A stretch of 64,000 nt of DNA from Eledone cirrhosa (GCA_964016885.1 OZ024742.1:341124001-341188000), one strand, 5' to 3'; positions 42,193 to 54,820 are shown, counted from the first letter of the stretch. Numbers and translations: made by a program. The notes: generated by a model not told the origin, from the letters alone.

Positions 42193-43181
42193 TGAATAAA
42201 AATAGACCGAAAAACGGGGTTGTCCATCATCAGTAGTCTGCTAATTATCATTGGTATTTCTTCACATTAAAGACTAGATACCTAAAATCAGTGCGAGCGA
42301 TAACTAAACTAAGTTATCGGGACAGAGTGAATGGGAAGGGTAAAGTAAACAAACGACATGGTAGTAATGCAACGTAAAGCGAGGAAAAGAGAGACAAGTC
42401 AATGAATCTTGTGGACTTAAGTCCTAACAAATCAATCGACGAGAAGAAATAGACACGTCCGAGCCACGCGAAAAGTGAGAGGGAAAAGGAATGCACACAG
42501 GTCAGATGGGAGGAAGTGAGAGAGGGGGAGTAGCAGAGAGTGAGTGAGTGAAAGTGTGAGGAAGGGTCCAGCCGAGAGAGGGTGTGACGAGCGGAGGGGG
42601 TGAATGAAAGCAAGAGGTAGAGAGAAGGGAGAAAGAGAAAGAGGATAGCAGTAAGGTGAAAGAAAAATTCGAACCACAGCGAGGGGAAACATTATATGTG
42701 AATGAAAAAATGACGTGCTGCGTTGTTGCGAGGTGATATAAATGCATTTCATTCACATATAATGTTTCCCCTCGCTGTGGTTCGTATTTTTCTTTCACCT
42801 TACTGCTATCCTCTTTCTCTCTCCCCCTTCTCTCTCCTTGCACCTCTTGCTTTCATTCACCCCCTCCGCTCGTCACACCCTCTCTCGGCTGGACACTTCC
42901 TCACACTTTCACTCACTCACTCTCTGCTACTCCCCCTCTCTCACTTCCTCCCATCTGACCTGTGTGCATTCCTTTTCCCTCTCACTTTTCGCGTGGCTCG
43001 GACGTGTCTATTTCTTCTCGTCGATTGATTTGTTAGGACTTAAGTCCACAAGATTCATTGACTTGTCTCTCTTTTCCACGCTTTACGTTGCATTACTACC
43101 ATGTCGTTTGTTTAGTTTACCCTTCCCATTCGCTCTGTCCCGATAACTTAGTTTAGTTATCGCTCGTACTGGTTTTAGGTA
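42190..43181 (-). mobile_element. large foldback element (arms 42279-42707 / 42747-43181; 89-nt tail 42190-42278) in (TA)n
   Basis: About 430-bp near-perfect inverted repeat with a 39-bp spacer. The mirrored ORFs in the track (42314-42613 minus vs 42838-43146 plus) confirm it. Confidence 0.85.
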
Positions 43182-43182
43182 A

Positions 43183-43223
<41 letters not shown>

Positions 43224-43262
43224 TCAATTAATTAAAATGGAAACTATATTTATAAAACCATA

Positions 43263-43325
43263 ATTTTATTATATATATTTCAAGGGCAACCAAGGCAATC
43301 TTCGTGCGCCCTCATCAGATAAAAT
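43263..43325 (-). ncRNA. minimal type I hammerhead ribozyme in the inverted pLTR
   Basis: Minus strand reads ATTTTAT-CTGATGA-GGGC...GCCC-TT-GAAA-TATATATA^ATAAAAT. Confidence 0.8.
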
Positions 43326-43509
43326 AAAAGATTAGTTTCATAAATAATTGACATACCCATAGAAAAACAACCTTGGCGGTTGGAAGTTCTCTGGATAGTG
43401 AGAACATTTTATATATTGAGGGTAATTCAAACTTTAGTGTGAGTATGCAAATGAATGTCCGAAAAACCGTTTATTTAAATTATAGTGTTGGAAAAGGGGA
43501 GTAAAAATT

Positions 43510-43551
<42 letters not shown>

Positions 43552-43988
43552 AAGAGAGAAAAAAATAGGAAAAGAAAAAGAGAGAAAGAAAAGAGAAAAT
43601 AGAGAGGGAGAGAGGAAAAGGAGGAACTTTATGCTGGGTTATAACGAAAGACAGAGCAACGAAATATCGAAAGCGAGAGCGAAGATATAAGCTTATCTAA
43701 GGATGATTTTTTACAACTCTTACGTATATCAATGTTTTTGTTAAATTAAGTATATTTACTAATAAAAGTTATAAAATAAGTATATAAGATACATTAAGAT
43801 ATCTTAGAGTATATTAGTAAAGAGTCAAAAGGATTACTTCAATGTTAAAATATATAATTAGCCAAAGTTTGTTATAAGATGTAATATAATATTAAATAGT
43901 TACAAAAAATTAGAGAAAATACGAAAAAGTTATAAAATAGTTTAACGTTATTTTTTAAGCACACAAAAGGCTACCCCAACTTAAATAG

Positions 43989-44426
43989 CCCTATTACATC
44001 TTTCAAAATAATATTAACTCTGATAAATGTAATTGTAGAATAAAGTCAAACTGTCCATTGGGAAACAACTGTTTAGTTAAAAATGTCGTATATAAATGCA
44101 ATGTCAAAACTAATGATAATTCTTTTAACTATGTAGGCTCTACTTCTACGCACTTCAAATCTCGCTTCTATAACCATAAATCTTCTTTTATTAATATTGG
44201 TAAAATATCTTTAACTTCCTTATCCAATTTGATATGGAACCTTAAATCTAAAAACATTGACTACTCTTTATCTTGGAAAATTCTATCAAAAGTACCTTCG
44301 TATTTAAATGCTGCTTTATCCAAATTTTGCAACTTATGTGTTGAAGAAATCTTCTGTATACTCAAATCTAAGAACTCCATTAATTTACGTAACAATTTAT
44401 TTAGTTCTTGTAAACATCGGTTATAA
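43989..44426 (+). pseudogene. C-terminal fragment of Penelope-like ORF: Cys linker + GIY-YIG endonuclease
   Basis: KCNCRIKSNCPLGNNCLVKNVVYKC...YVGSTSTHFKSRFYNHKSSF...CNLCVEE...CKHR. The RT domain is absent (truncated). Confidence 0.88.
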
Positions 44427-45350
44427 GTCAATCTTTAAATATATATATAAAATGTAATTACACGCTTAATCGTCCATACATAACATTTACTAAATCCAAA
44501 CACCTTTAACCTATTTTATTTCCAAAATATATTATATGTTTATCTCTAAAATATCTCATATCTTCTTTAGAATGATTACTTAAAATTTTATTTATTTTAT
44601 CTTATTTTATTTTATTTATTTTATTTTATCTTATTTTATTTTTAAACACTTTTTATTTTTAAACTCTTTTTAATCTCTTATAAAATTATTATTTCCAAAA
44701 GAAATTATATTTTTGATCACCTAATATTTAATATTTTAAATATTATAAATATTTTAAATATTTTAATATTTTAAATATCTATATATTAATATACCTTTAT
44801 ATTCTTGATTGAATTTACTTTTAATTTTTAATCATAATATATGAAGAATTTAAATTCTTAAATTAAATTTTATTTTAATTTAATTTCTAATATTTAAATG
44901 TTTTTAAACATATTAAAACGTTTTTAAACATCTTTAAACATCTTAAACTGGCTTTGTATATCTCGGGAGCCTTTTGTGTGCTTAAAAAATATCGTTAAAC
45001 TATTTTATAGTCTTAATCCTTATAGTCTTTATTAAAAAAACTTTTTCGTATTTTCTTTAATTTTTTGTAACTATTTAATATTATATTACATCTTATAACA
45101 AACTTTGGCTAATTATATATTTTAACATTGAAGTAATACTTTTGACTCTTTACTAATATACTCTAAGATATCTTAATGTATCTTATATACTTATTTTATA
45201 ACTTTTATTAGTAAATATACTTAATTTAACAAAAACATTGATATACGTAAGAGTTGTAAAAATTCATCCTTAGACGAGCTTATTTCTTCGCTCTCTCTTT
45301 CGATATTTCTTTGCTCTCTCTTTCGTTATAACCCTGCATAAACTTCCTCC

Positions 45351-45407
<57 letters not shown>

Positions 45408-45453
45408 TTTCTCTTTTCTTTCTCTCTTTTTCTTTTACTATTTTTTTCTCTCT

Positions 45454-45531
<78 letters not shown>

Positions 45532-45720
45532 CTTCCTTTCCATTTTTTCTCCCCTTTTCCAACACTATAATTTAAATAAACGGTTTTTCGGACATTCATT
45601 TGCATACTCACACTAAATTTTGAATTACCCTCAATATATAAAATTCACTATCCAGAGAACTCCCAACCGCCAAGGTTGTTTTTATATGGGTATGTCAATT
45701 ATTTATGAAACTAATCTTGT

Positions 45721-45783
45721 ATTTTATCTGATGAGAGCGCACCAAGATTGCCTTGGTTGCCCTTGAAATATATATAATAAAAT
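45721..45783 (+). ncRNA. minimal type I hammerhead ribozyme in the 3' pLTR
   Basis: ATTTTAT-CTGATGA-[..ACCAAG-ATTGC-CTTGGT..]-GAAA-TATATATA^ATAAAAT. Stem I is a perfect 7 bp and stem III is palindromic. Confidence 0.8.
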
Positions 45784-45906
45784 TATGTTTTTATAAATAT
45801 AGTTTCCATTTAAATTAATTGAATATTTACTCCAGAAGTTGTTGAGTGCTCTATATCAGTTAATAACTTTTTAACTTGGTTGAACCCCAACAAATTAAAT
45901 ATAACC

Positions 45907-45984
<78 letters not shown>

Positions 45985-46028
45985 TATACATGTGTGTGTG
46001 TGTGCGTATGTATATATATATATATATG

Positions 46029-46089
46029 TAACAAAGAAATTGTGGCAAGAAACCAGATGGACCATAACGCATCAGAGTACACAATACTT
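46029..46089 (-). repeat. solo tail fragment of the 60585-60792 family
   Basis: Reverse complement resembles 60733-60792 (GTACT.TG.TGCGTTATGGTC.A.CTGGTT.CTT.CCACA.TT.CTT.GTT). Confidence 0.7.
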
Positions 46090-46126
46090 TTTCTTATATA
46101 TATATGTATATATATATATATATATA

Positions 46127-46163
<37 letters not shown>

Positions 46164-46533
46164 GTAGTCGCACTATCTGACAATGTTTAGGTGACAAAAT
46201 CTTGGTATGATCGTCATGTAATAGAATAGGTGGTTCGCTTAGTTTTGACAAGAAAAAACATAAGAATTTATATGTGTCGAGAGAGGGGAGCGAGGGAAAG
46301 AGATAGACGGAGAGAGAGGGGGTGAGAGTGAGAGAGATAGACGGAGAGAGGGGGACAGAGAGGGAGAGAGATAGGGCGAGAGAAAGTGTGTGTGAAGGTG
46401 AGATAAAGAAAGAAAGAGAGAGATACGTATATATATATATACTATATATATATATATATATAAGAATTTGTGCTTAAAATATGATTGTTACTAAAACATT
46501 CCATTACGCACTCAATACTGTTGGGTAGAGTGT

Positions 46534-46598
<65 letters not shown>

Positions 46599-46601
<3 letters not shown>

Positions 46602-46667
46602 CAAGTACGACCCCGACGGCTGAGCTCAAGTCGTTTCGACGGCTAATTCTGGACTAGTCGAAACGGC

Positions 46668-46669
<2 letters not shown>
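46599..46669. repeat. fragment of the 60585-60792 foldback family
   Basis: GAACAAGTACGACCCCGACGGCTGAGCTCAAGTCGTTTCGACGGCTAATTCTGGAC matches 60588-60642. Confidence 0.8.
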
Positions 46670-46711
<42 letters not shown>

Positions 46712-47140
46712 GACACACATATACATGGTGGCTGCCAACACGTTTTCGACTACGGCCACTACTTTATATCCATGTAGGAGAACCCCTACCGATGCGCTGA
46801 ACGAGTGTGACGTTTTAGTCCAGCCAGCGACTTGAAAACCTCTGGTAAAAACACTACACTTGTGACAATAATTGACACATAGTGCTGGGCCCATGGTACC
46901 ACGTGACGACAAGTGCAGAGAGATCTACAGATATAAAGCAATGCCTGTGCCGTGAAGCTTTTGTAGTGAGCAAAGGCACTGCACAAAGCCAGTCCCACTC
47001 TCTTAACCAAGATGATATTTACCAAAAAGAAGAACAAGTTAACATCATTGGATACCATCAGGGTTGCAGGTGTTATATCAGAGTTTTCCTTCTCCTAGAA
47101 TTCGGCCTTGACAAAGGCTAAGGGTCATCTCTCCCGGACA

Positions 47141-47166
47141 CACATATATATACACACACACACATG

Positions 47167-47256
<90 letters not shown>

Positions 47257-47297
47257 AAGAGAGAGAGTGTGTATGTGTGTGTATACATATGTGTAAA

Positions 47298-47337
<40 letters not shown>

Positions 47338-47338
47338 A

Positions 47339-47369
<31 letters not shown>

Positions 47370-47370
47370 C

Positions 47371-47402
<32 letters not shown>

Positions 47403-47465
47403 AAAGAGAGAGAGAGAGAGAGTGTGTGTGTGTCATATATAGACATATGTGTGTGTGTGTGTATA
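47141..47465. repeat. compound microsatellite (CA/TA/GA/TG)
   Basis: Direct reading. Confidence 0.95.
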
Positions 47466-48026
47466 GGAATGTGTATATGAGATGATACGACGAATATTGA
47501 TGATCGTGGTAATACGTTGATCTTGAAACTTTACGGCATAACTTTTTCTACCTGAGCTTACAGCTGAAACAATTAGAAGATATATTCCTGTGTAGCTGTG
47601 AGTGTGTCTGGAGATATGTGTGTATATATTTAATGCCTGAAACAAGAATATATATAAATATACATATATATATATGATGAATGTCACCCCACTGTTGATC
47701 AATATGCGCATATGTCTTATATGTCTCTTGGGTTGAAAAGGAGGTCAAGTATGTTATAGATCAGTAAATAGTTGCTCCGAAGAATCCAAACCTCGGTTTG
47801 GAGGAAACAATTGTAAGCAAATAAATGACTTAAAATGAACTTTGATTATTGTAATCTCTATATAACTGCTCTGTAAAACAACTGATGTTATTACATTGAG
47901 CTATTTATCTTACTGGTAATAGGATAGTAATTAATGACTATCTTTCACTATTTAAGGTTTGTATAAATAATATATTACCATTAAAGGTTTTATTACATAC
48001 ATAACCATAAATAGTATCCTTAATAC

Positions 48027-48084
<58 letters not shown>

Positions 48085-48448
48085 CGTGTATATATATGTA
48101 TATATATATATAAATATAATTAAGTTAAAGATGTACATCCATATATGTATACTGAAATACTAGTATGTATATGAATACACACACGTATACATATGTAGAT
48201 GTACCAAGTTTTTTCACTGGTCACTTTACTGTGAGTGACCAGTGAAAAAACTTGGTACATCTACATATGTATACGTGTGTGTATTCATATACATACTAGT
48301 ATTTCAGTATACATATATGGATGTACATCTTTAACTTAATTGTTTAAGCGTCAGTCATACAAAAGTGAGTTACAAACGAAACGAAATTTAATTTCGTTTC
48401 GTTATTTGTTTTTATCGTCTCCGTTGAACCGGTACTTACTCACACTCT

Positions 48449-48456
48449 ATGCAAAT
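48449..48456 (+). promoter_or_regulatory. octamer ATGCAAAT upstream of the hammerhead (also 48916-48923)
   Basis: Exact octamer 93 nt upstream of CTGATGA, conserved with family A. Confidence 0.5.
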
Positions 48457-48541
48457 TAGTCTGCCCACTACTAATTTTCATAGAAAAAGCATATAACGAT
48501 ATGTGCTTTTACGATTCTCTAGAGAGGCCGGAAGATAGGTA

Positions 48542-48586
48542 AATATTGCTGATGAGTTGTAACAACAACGAAACTAGTTCAATATT
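48542..48586 (+). ncRNA. minimal type I hammerhead ribozyme, family B unit 1
   Basis: AATATTG-CTGATGA-GTTG-TAACAA-CAAC-GAAA-CTAG-TT^CAATATT. Stem I is a perfect 7 bp, stem II 4 bp, stem III palindromic, with a GUU triplet. Confidence 0.88.
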
Positions 48587-49008
48587 CCTTGTCTGGCTTT
48601 CTGGAGAATAGAGGAAAGGTGTTTCCTCAAAAACCAGTATGACTCTAAAAACCGGTTTGTCTGTGTGTTTACATACAGAATAGCTGGCCACTCACAGTAA
48701 AGTGACCAGTGAAAAAACTTGGTACATCTACATATGTATACGTGTGTGTATTCATATACATACTAGTATTTCAGTATACATATATGGATGTACATCTTTA
48801 ACTTAATTGTTTAAGCGTCAGTCATACAAAAGTGAGTTACAAACGAAACGAAATTTAATTTCGTTTCGTTATTTGTTTTTATCGTCTCCGTTGAACCGGT
48901 ACTTACTCACACTCTATGCAAATTAGTCTGCCCACTACTAATTTTCATAGAAAAAGCATATAACGATATGTGCTTTTACCATTCTCTAGAGAGGCCGGAA
49001 GATAGGTA

Positions 49009-49053
49009 AATATTGCTGATGAGTTGTAACAACAACGAAACTAGTTCAATATT
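49009..49053 (+). ncRNA. minimal type I hammerhead ribozyme, family B unit 2
   Basis: Identical to 48542-48586, offset by 467. Confidence 0.88.
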
Positions 49054-49348
49054 CCTTGTCTGGCTTTCTGGAGAATAGAGGAAAGGTGTTTCCTCAAAAA
49101 CCAGTATGACTCTAAAAACCGGTTTGTCTGTGTGTTTACATACAGAATAGCTGGCCACTCACAGTAAAGTGACCAGTGAAAAAACTTGGTACATCTACAT
49201 ATGTATACGTGTGTGTATTCATATACATACTAGTATTTCAGTATACATATATGGATGTACATCTTTAACTTAATTGTTTAAGCGTCAGTCATACAAAAGT
49301 GAGTTACAAACGAAACGAAATTTAATTTCGTTTCGTTATTTGTTTTTA

Positions 49349-49376
49349 TATAAATATATATATACATATATATAAT

Positions 49377-49459
<83 letters not shown>

Positions 49460-49720
49460 GATAGATATATAGAGAGAGATACATAGATAGATAGATGCAT
49501 AAATACATGCATACATAGGTACAATCATGCATACATACATACACGTAGATATATACATAGATGCATACGTAGCTACATACATACATACATACATACATAT
49601 ATACAAGCATACATACATACGTACATATATACATACATGCATACTTAGCTACATACATGCATACTTAGCTATATACATACATATATACATTCAAATATAC
49701 ATATATACATACATAGCTAT
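49349..49720. repeat. (TA)n followed by degenerate (ATAG)/(CATA)n
   Basis: Direct reading. Confidence 0.9.
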
Positions 49721-50231
49721 ATTAGTATCTCTGTGCTTGTAATCTGCTATACAAAGGGATTACGCCATCAATGAATCGTATTCACTTCATTCGATTCGTA
49801 AATAAATCGTTCTTTTTAATCGTAATTCGCTTTTAGCCTCCATTGATACGTTACATTAATTTCGTTAATGCTGTCATATAAACACTACAGAAGAAAGAAA
49901 ACAAAGGACGAAAATATAGTGTAAAACCCGACCAAATATAATATAATGGCTTCCAAACGCCGCCCGTGTATGTTTTGTAGTCTAGCAGACATTATATTAA
50001 ACATTGCCATCATTGTTGGATTGTGTAAGCTTCGCCATTGCAGTATACTTCACAAGCTGTCCAGATAGGTGTAAAGAAAGCAAGAAGCTTTAATAGATCC
50101 AGTAGTCTAGTGTTACTATTAGTATTCAATAAGGTTAGTGTTAAATATTGTTCAATAGTATTAATGTTTAATTATGCTATTGTTCAAAAGACACAGCATT
50201 CTATGTTTCATCTAACATTGGATTGTCTGGA

Positions 50232-50790
50232 GGGCGGTGGATTGGCAGTATCGGTAGAGAGTCGGACGCCATGCTATGCAGTGTAGAGTTACGTCCCTTT
50301 ACGGCCTCAGTTCAAATTCCGCCGAGGTTAACTTTGCCTTTCATCCTTACGGGGGTCGATAAAATAAAGTACCAGTAATACACTGGGGTAATTGCTGGCC
50401 TTGTGCCAAAAGAGAAACAATTATTATTCGTTCTAGTGGCAGTAATCGGTAGAGCGTCGGACAACATACTTTGCAGTATAGGTTTACAGCCATTTACGTT
50501 TTGAGTACAAATCCTGCTAAGGTTAGCGTTGCCTTCATTCTTAGGGGTCATGATAAAATAAAGTACCAGTCAGACACTGGGGTTGATTTAATCGACTTTC
50601 CTCTCCTCCAAAATTGCTGGCCTTGTGCCTAAATCAGAAGCCATTATTATACGTTCTGGTGGTGGATTAGCAATATTGGTAAAACGTCGGACAACATGTT
50701 TTGCAGTATAGGGTTACAGCCCTTTACGTTTGGAGTTCAAATCTCGCCAAGTTTAGCTTTTCCCTTCATCCTTACAGGATCGATAAAACA
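50232..50790 (+). mobile_element. three tandem copies of the tRNA-derived SINE (about 50232-50425, 50435-50650, 50657-50790)
   Basis: Repeated box A/B head plus the CCTTCATCCTTA..GTCGATAAAA core. Confidence 0.8.
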
Positions 50791-50894
50791 GGATTTCCTG
50801 ATGAATTCGTACAAACGAAGTAGTTCTAGTCCAATAGAAGTCATTTGTATATTAAATAATTATATATATGTATATGCACACACGTACACACGCG

Positions 50895-50962
<68 letters not shown>

Positions 50963-51125
50963 AAATAGAGGTGTGACACACGAGTTGTGATATATTAGTA
51001 AAAAGGAAAAGAAAATGCTGACAAATTTTTCCCAGATATATATATATATATCAGGGCTTCCTGATGATTTCTCCCGAATGAAACAGTTCTAGTCATGTAG
51101 AAGTCTTTCTATATTAAATATATAT

Positions 51126-51179
<54 letters not shown>

Positions 51180-51273
51180 GATGTAGTGTTCTTTTCAGAC
51201 AAAAATCCAAACGAGATGTAAAGCTCAGTTGATATGTTACAGGTCATACGTGTTATTCGCTTCGCCGACCAGT

Positions 51274-51352
<79 letters not shown>

Positions 51353-51353
<1 letters not shown>

Positions 51354-52321
51354 TAGCATTAAAGCCCGGCTTTGCTCGGGATCAGTAAGTTACCAAAGTT
51401 AGGTTGCACCACCCATTTTATGGCACCACTTTTTTGTCTGCCAGGCACTGGGTGAATGAATTGCAGACCTGGACTGCCGAAGCAGGAGCTGCGCCAGCAG
51501 TGACAATTGTAATTTCGCCTATGGATATTATCTCTGTGCAAAGAAGTGTTGAAATTTATTGTTTCACAGTACTTGCGCAACACGCGCGCAGACGATGCCA
51601 GCCGAACAACAGAGCTACGATGGAGTTGTTCTGCATGGCTGTCTAATGTGTGTTTTCTAAATTTAAGACAGTAGGAAGGGGTGTGATATGGGGGAGAGTT
51701 AGCTGCTGGTTCTAGCAAGTTTAGTGACCTCATAGAGGATATTATTGTGTATAGTAAATAAACTGATACTTCTTTCTTCCACGTTCGTTAAGAGATGTTT
51801 TAAAACAGATTTATCGCTTTTTTTTTTTGTTGTTGAATAAATTTATCTGTTGCTTTTGAATAATTATTGTGATTGAAGTAAATAAATGTTTTACCGTTCC
51901 ACACTCAAAAACAAACTTTCTTTCTCTCTCTCTCACACTCTCTTCTCTCTCCCTCTCTCTCTCTCTCTCTCTCCTTCATTTCGTTCTCTCTTCTTTCTTC
52001 CGAGTTCCTAAAGGAAGTTTGTAAGGAGTGGTTTAAGCGTACATAAGAGAAAGTTGCAGCATGTATGTAGTTTTATCGAATTTTAAGGGGAGTAGAGAGA
52101 GGTATTCAGATTGTATTAGAGTGGTAAAGCGTCATGTATTTAGTTTTATCGATTATTTCCGTAAATGTGGGTGAGTTGAGAGGAATAAATAGTCGAAAAT
52201 CTAAGTTAGACCATTTACAACATTCATACAGACTTTGAGTCGAATCAGTTTGAAATTGTGCACATGTATAAATATTGAACATGCACACACCAAGACAACA
52301 ACAACAATCTGCTTTTATAGA
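51353..52321 (-). mobile_element. non-autonomous Helitron
   Basis: Minus strand reads A|TCTATAAAAG...CCCG-AGCAAAGC-CGGG hairpin-CTTTAATG-CTAG|T. This gives 5' TC, 3' hairpin + CTAG, and an AT target. Confidence 0.7.
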
Positions 52322-52508
52322 TAATTGTTTCTACTTTCGGCACAAGGCCAGCAATTACCCAGTGCATTACTGGTACTATATTTTATCGACCCCGTAAGGA
52401 TGAAAGGCAAAGTAAACCTCTGCGGGATTTGAACTCAGACCGTAAAGGGACGTAACTATGCTGGAAAGCATGGCGCCCGACTCTCTACCGATACTGCCAA
52501 TCCACCAC
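52322..52508 (-). mobile_element. tRNA-derived SINE, full copy
   Basis: Reverse complement of the family consensus. Confidence 0.85.
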
Positions 52509-52521
52509 CCTTTTAGAGATA

Positions 52522-52642
<121 letters not shown>

Positions 52643-52672
52643 TTATATATATAAATACATACATATATGGAT

Positions 52673-52739
<67 letters not shown>

Positions 52740-53657
52740 TCTTTCTTTATTTTCCACAGGGGCGTACAAAAATTGGACATTACAAGACGTAACGGCGGGG
52801 ATTTTACATAAAAATAACTTTAACATTAATATATAACAATAAATTATATATAATAAAATAACAATTGAAATCCCCAATAGGGGGAACGTTACTGCAGGGT
52901 TGTTTTACACCCCGTGGATTGAACAACCCTCAACACCAGGAACACATTTTGTAGGTGTTCCTGTCTTCCCTCTGTTTATCCTCCTCAACCTACAGGTTTA
53001 TATACAGAGAAGGCCCATTCACTTGGGCCATTTTCGCCACATTCACCCACCTTTCAGCGAATTTACTGGGGTAGAGCACCCCTCTCTCCACTCTCACCTT
53101 CCTTCTGAAGTGATACTTAAAGAAGGTGATAAGTTGTTGTCCGGAGAGAAAGGGGTTTGCCCTCAGTCCTTTTAACCTCATCCACCATATTACCTCTTTC
53201 GCCATAGCCACCAGACAGAGGAAAACCGCCTCTCCTTCGTTCTTAAATGAAGGCGGCGGGATGATCCTCACGATGGACTCGGCTGACAACTGGATGCGTC
53301 CCACACGTGACAGCAGCTGTTAGACATAATTCCACAGGTCGGTCACCCCTGGGCACTGAACAATTGTGTGCAGAACGGTTTCAATGTCCTGCCCGTATCT
53401 TGGACAGGTCCTTTTGGCAGGATCTCTGCCATGGCGTCCGTGCCTGTAGATTTTGTCTTGAACTGGTAGAGCTCCTCGGTAGCACTGCCAGTCCAGAGAC
53501 CTCTGGAAGTTATCCATAGGCCCAGGACGGAAAGTCCTCCCGAACAGATTGGTCAGTTCGTCCTCCTCGATGCCTAGAGTTTCCCCGAGAACGTCGTCGC
53601 ACTTATCCTCCACTAACCCCCTATAGAATGTCGAAGAAACTCCGCTGATTGCCGTTT
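52740..53657 (-). mobile_element. 5'-truncated L1/Tx1-clade LINE (ORF2 C-terminal zinc-knuckle region, frameshifted) with 3' UTR
   Basis: Minus ORFs read RSLDWQCYRGALPVQDKI...CPRYGQDIETVLHTIVQCP..LWNYV and then KEVIWWMR. AATAAA lies near 52750, next to the (ATAG)n run at 52671-52738. Confidence 0.75.
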
Positions 53658-53989
53658 AGATAGATATAAGCCTGTGTGTGTGTGTGTGTGCTAATATTGA
53701 TTAGTTTCTTTAGACCAGATCAATGTGAAATTCATAAATCTTATAGCGAGAAATCGCTACAAATTTGTGTATCTCACGAATTTAAAAAAAAAATAAATAA
53801 AAAAAAAACTTTGCGTGGTCTCTCGACTTGTTAAAAATAACAGTCAAATATCTCCCACACATTGCATCCTACCGTCTTAGAAATAATAAAAATCAGTTCC
53901 CTACTGGATAATGTAGTCCTAAATACATTACTTATATATGAAGGGAAAGATGGGATGGTCAAAAGTGTGATCAGAACTAAACTGGGGAT

Positions 53990-54207
53990 AAACAAGAACA
54001 AGAACTACAAGAACCACAACAACAAAAACGAAGATGGCGGCCATGAGATCAAGAAAAACGAAGATGGCGACGACGACGACAACAATAAAAACGAAGATGG
54101 CGGCGACGACAACAACAAAAACGAAGACGGTGGCGACGACAACAACAAAAACGAAGATGGCGGCGACGACAACAAAAACGAAGACGGCGGCGACGACAAC
54201 AACAAAA
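53990..54207. repeat. about 30-bp minisatellite (AAAAACGAAGATGGCGGCGACGACAACAAC)
   Basis: About 6 imperfect copies. Confidence 0.9.
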
Positions 54208-54820
54208 TTGTTTTCACGGATCGCCGTAAATAGTCTATTTGTAGCAATCGAATTTAAATTTGATGTCACACTGCGTTGAAAAACATTAATTTATATTTGT
54301 TAGAGCATCTTCTTTTTATTTATAAAGTTTGTGTTTTCAATTAAACATCTACAAAATTCATTTGTGTAAAAAATAAATGTTGTTTAAGAACCAAATTTTT
54401 CTGCTCCTGCACGGAATCTTAATGGCATCTCTTGGAATCTATTAGATTAGATAAAAAAAAAACTTATGTATTATATTTTTCAAAAAAGAGAAAACATTGT
54501 CGCCAGGTGTTGTAAGAGATAGACAGATCAAATTACTTTCAAGTTATTTTTTTTTTAAATATTTACAGGAAACTGCTAAGGTCTAGGCAAATTGTAACAC
54601 ACATTTCTAAGATTTATTTTTGGTTAAAATCAAGAAAGATATTTCTCGATGTTCAAGTGAATAAAAAAAAGCAGCAAGACATTTTAAATATGGATTGGTC
54701 TCGACTGTTTTATAACTCAGAACCATTTGGATTATCTAGAGTCTGTGAAGATAAACAATGAAAAATATTGAAAGAAAAATGCTATATATATATTATGTAT
54801 ATATATATATATATATATAT

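Larger units (their letters stand above)
43223..45910 (+). mobile_element. 5'-truncated Penelope-like retroelement with inverted pLTRs (43223-43973 / 44968-45823) and 87-nt tail
   Basis: 750-850-bp inverted repeats with internal (GA)n surround a GIY-YIG ORF fragment and an AT-rich UTR. Each arm carries a hammerhead, and the element is flanked by (TA)n. Confidence 0.9.
48118..49348 (+). mobile_element. hammerhead-containing 467-bp tandem repeat (about 2.4 units; retrozyme-like family B) with 5' inverted arm 48118-48235
   Basis: GTGACCAGTGAAAAAACTTGG recurs at about 48235, 48702 and 49169. 48118-48235 is the reverse complement of the unit segment ending CTTTAACTTAATT. The element is flanked by TA-rich runs. 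Confidence 0.9.

Noticed and set aside
42205-42240. Hammerhead in the tail of the 42279 foldback
   Set aside because: CTGATGA is present on minus, but there is no GAAA or stem III.
45280-47480. ER-, YI- and CV-repeat ORFs (also 49278-49742, 52376-52877, 60680-61225)
   Set aside because: They are dinucleotide microsatellite translations.
50232-50330. tRNA gene
   Set aside because: Box A/B are present but continue into the SINE body in many diverged copies, and no cloverleaf is supported.
53862-54279. Asn/Asp-rich or Thr-rich ORFs
   Set aside because: They are translations of a 30-bp minisatellite open in several frames.
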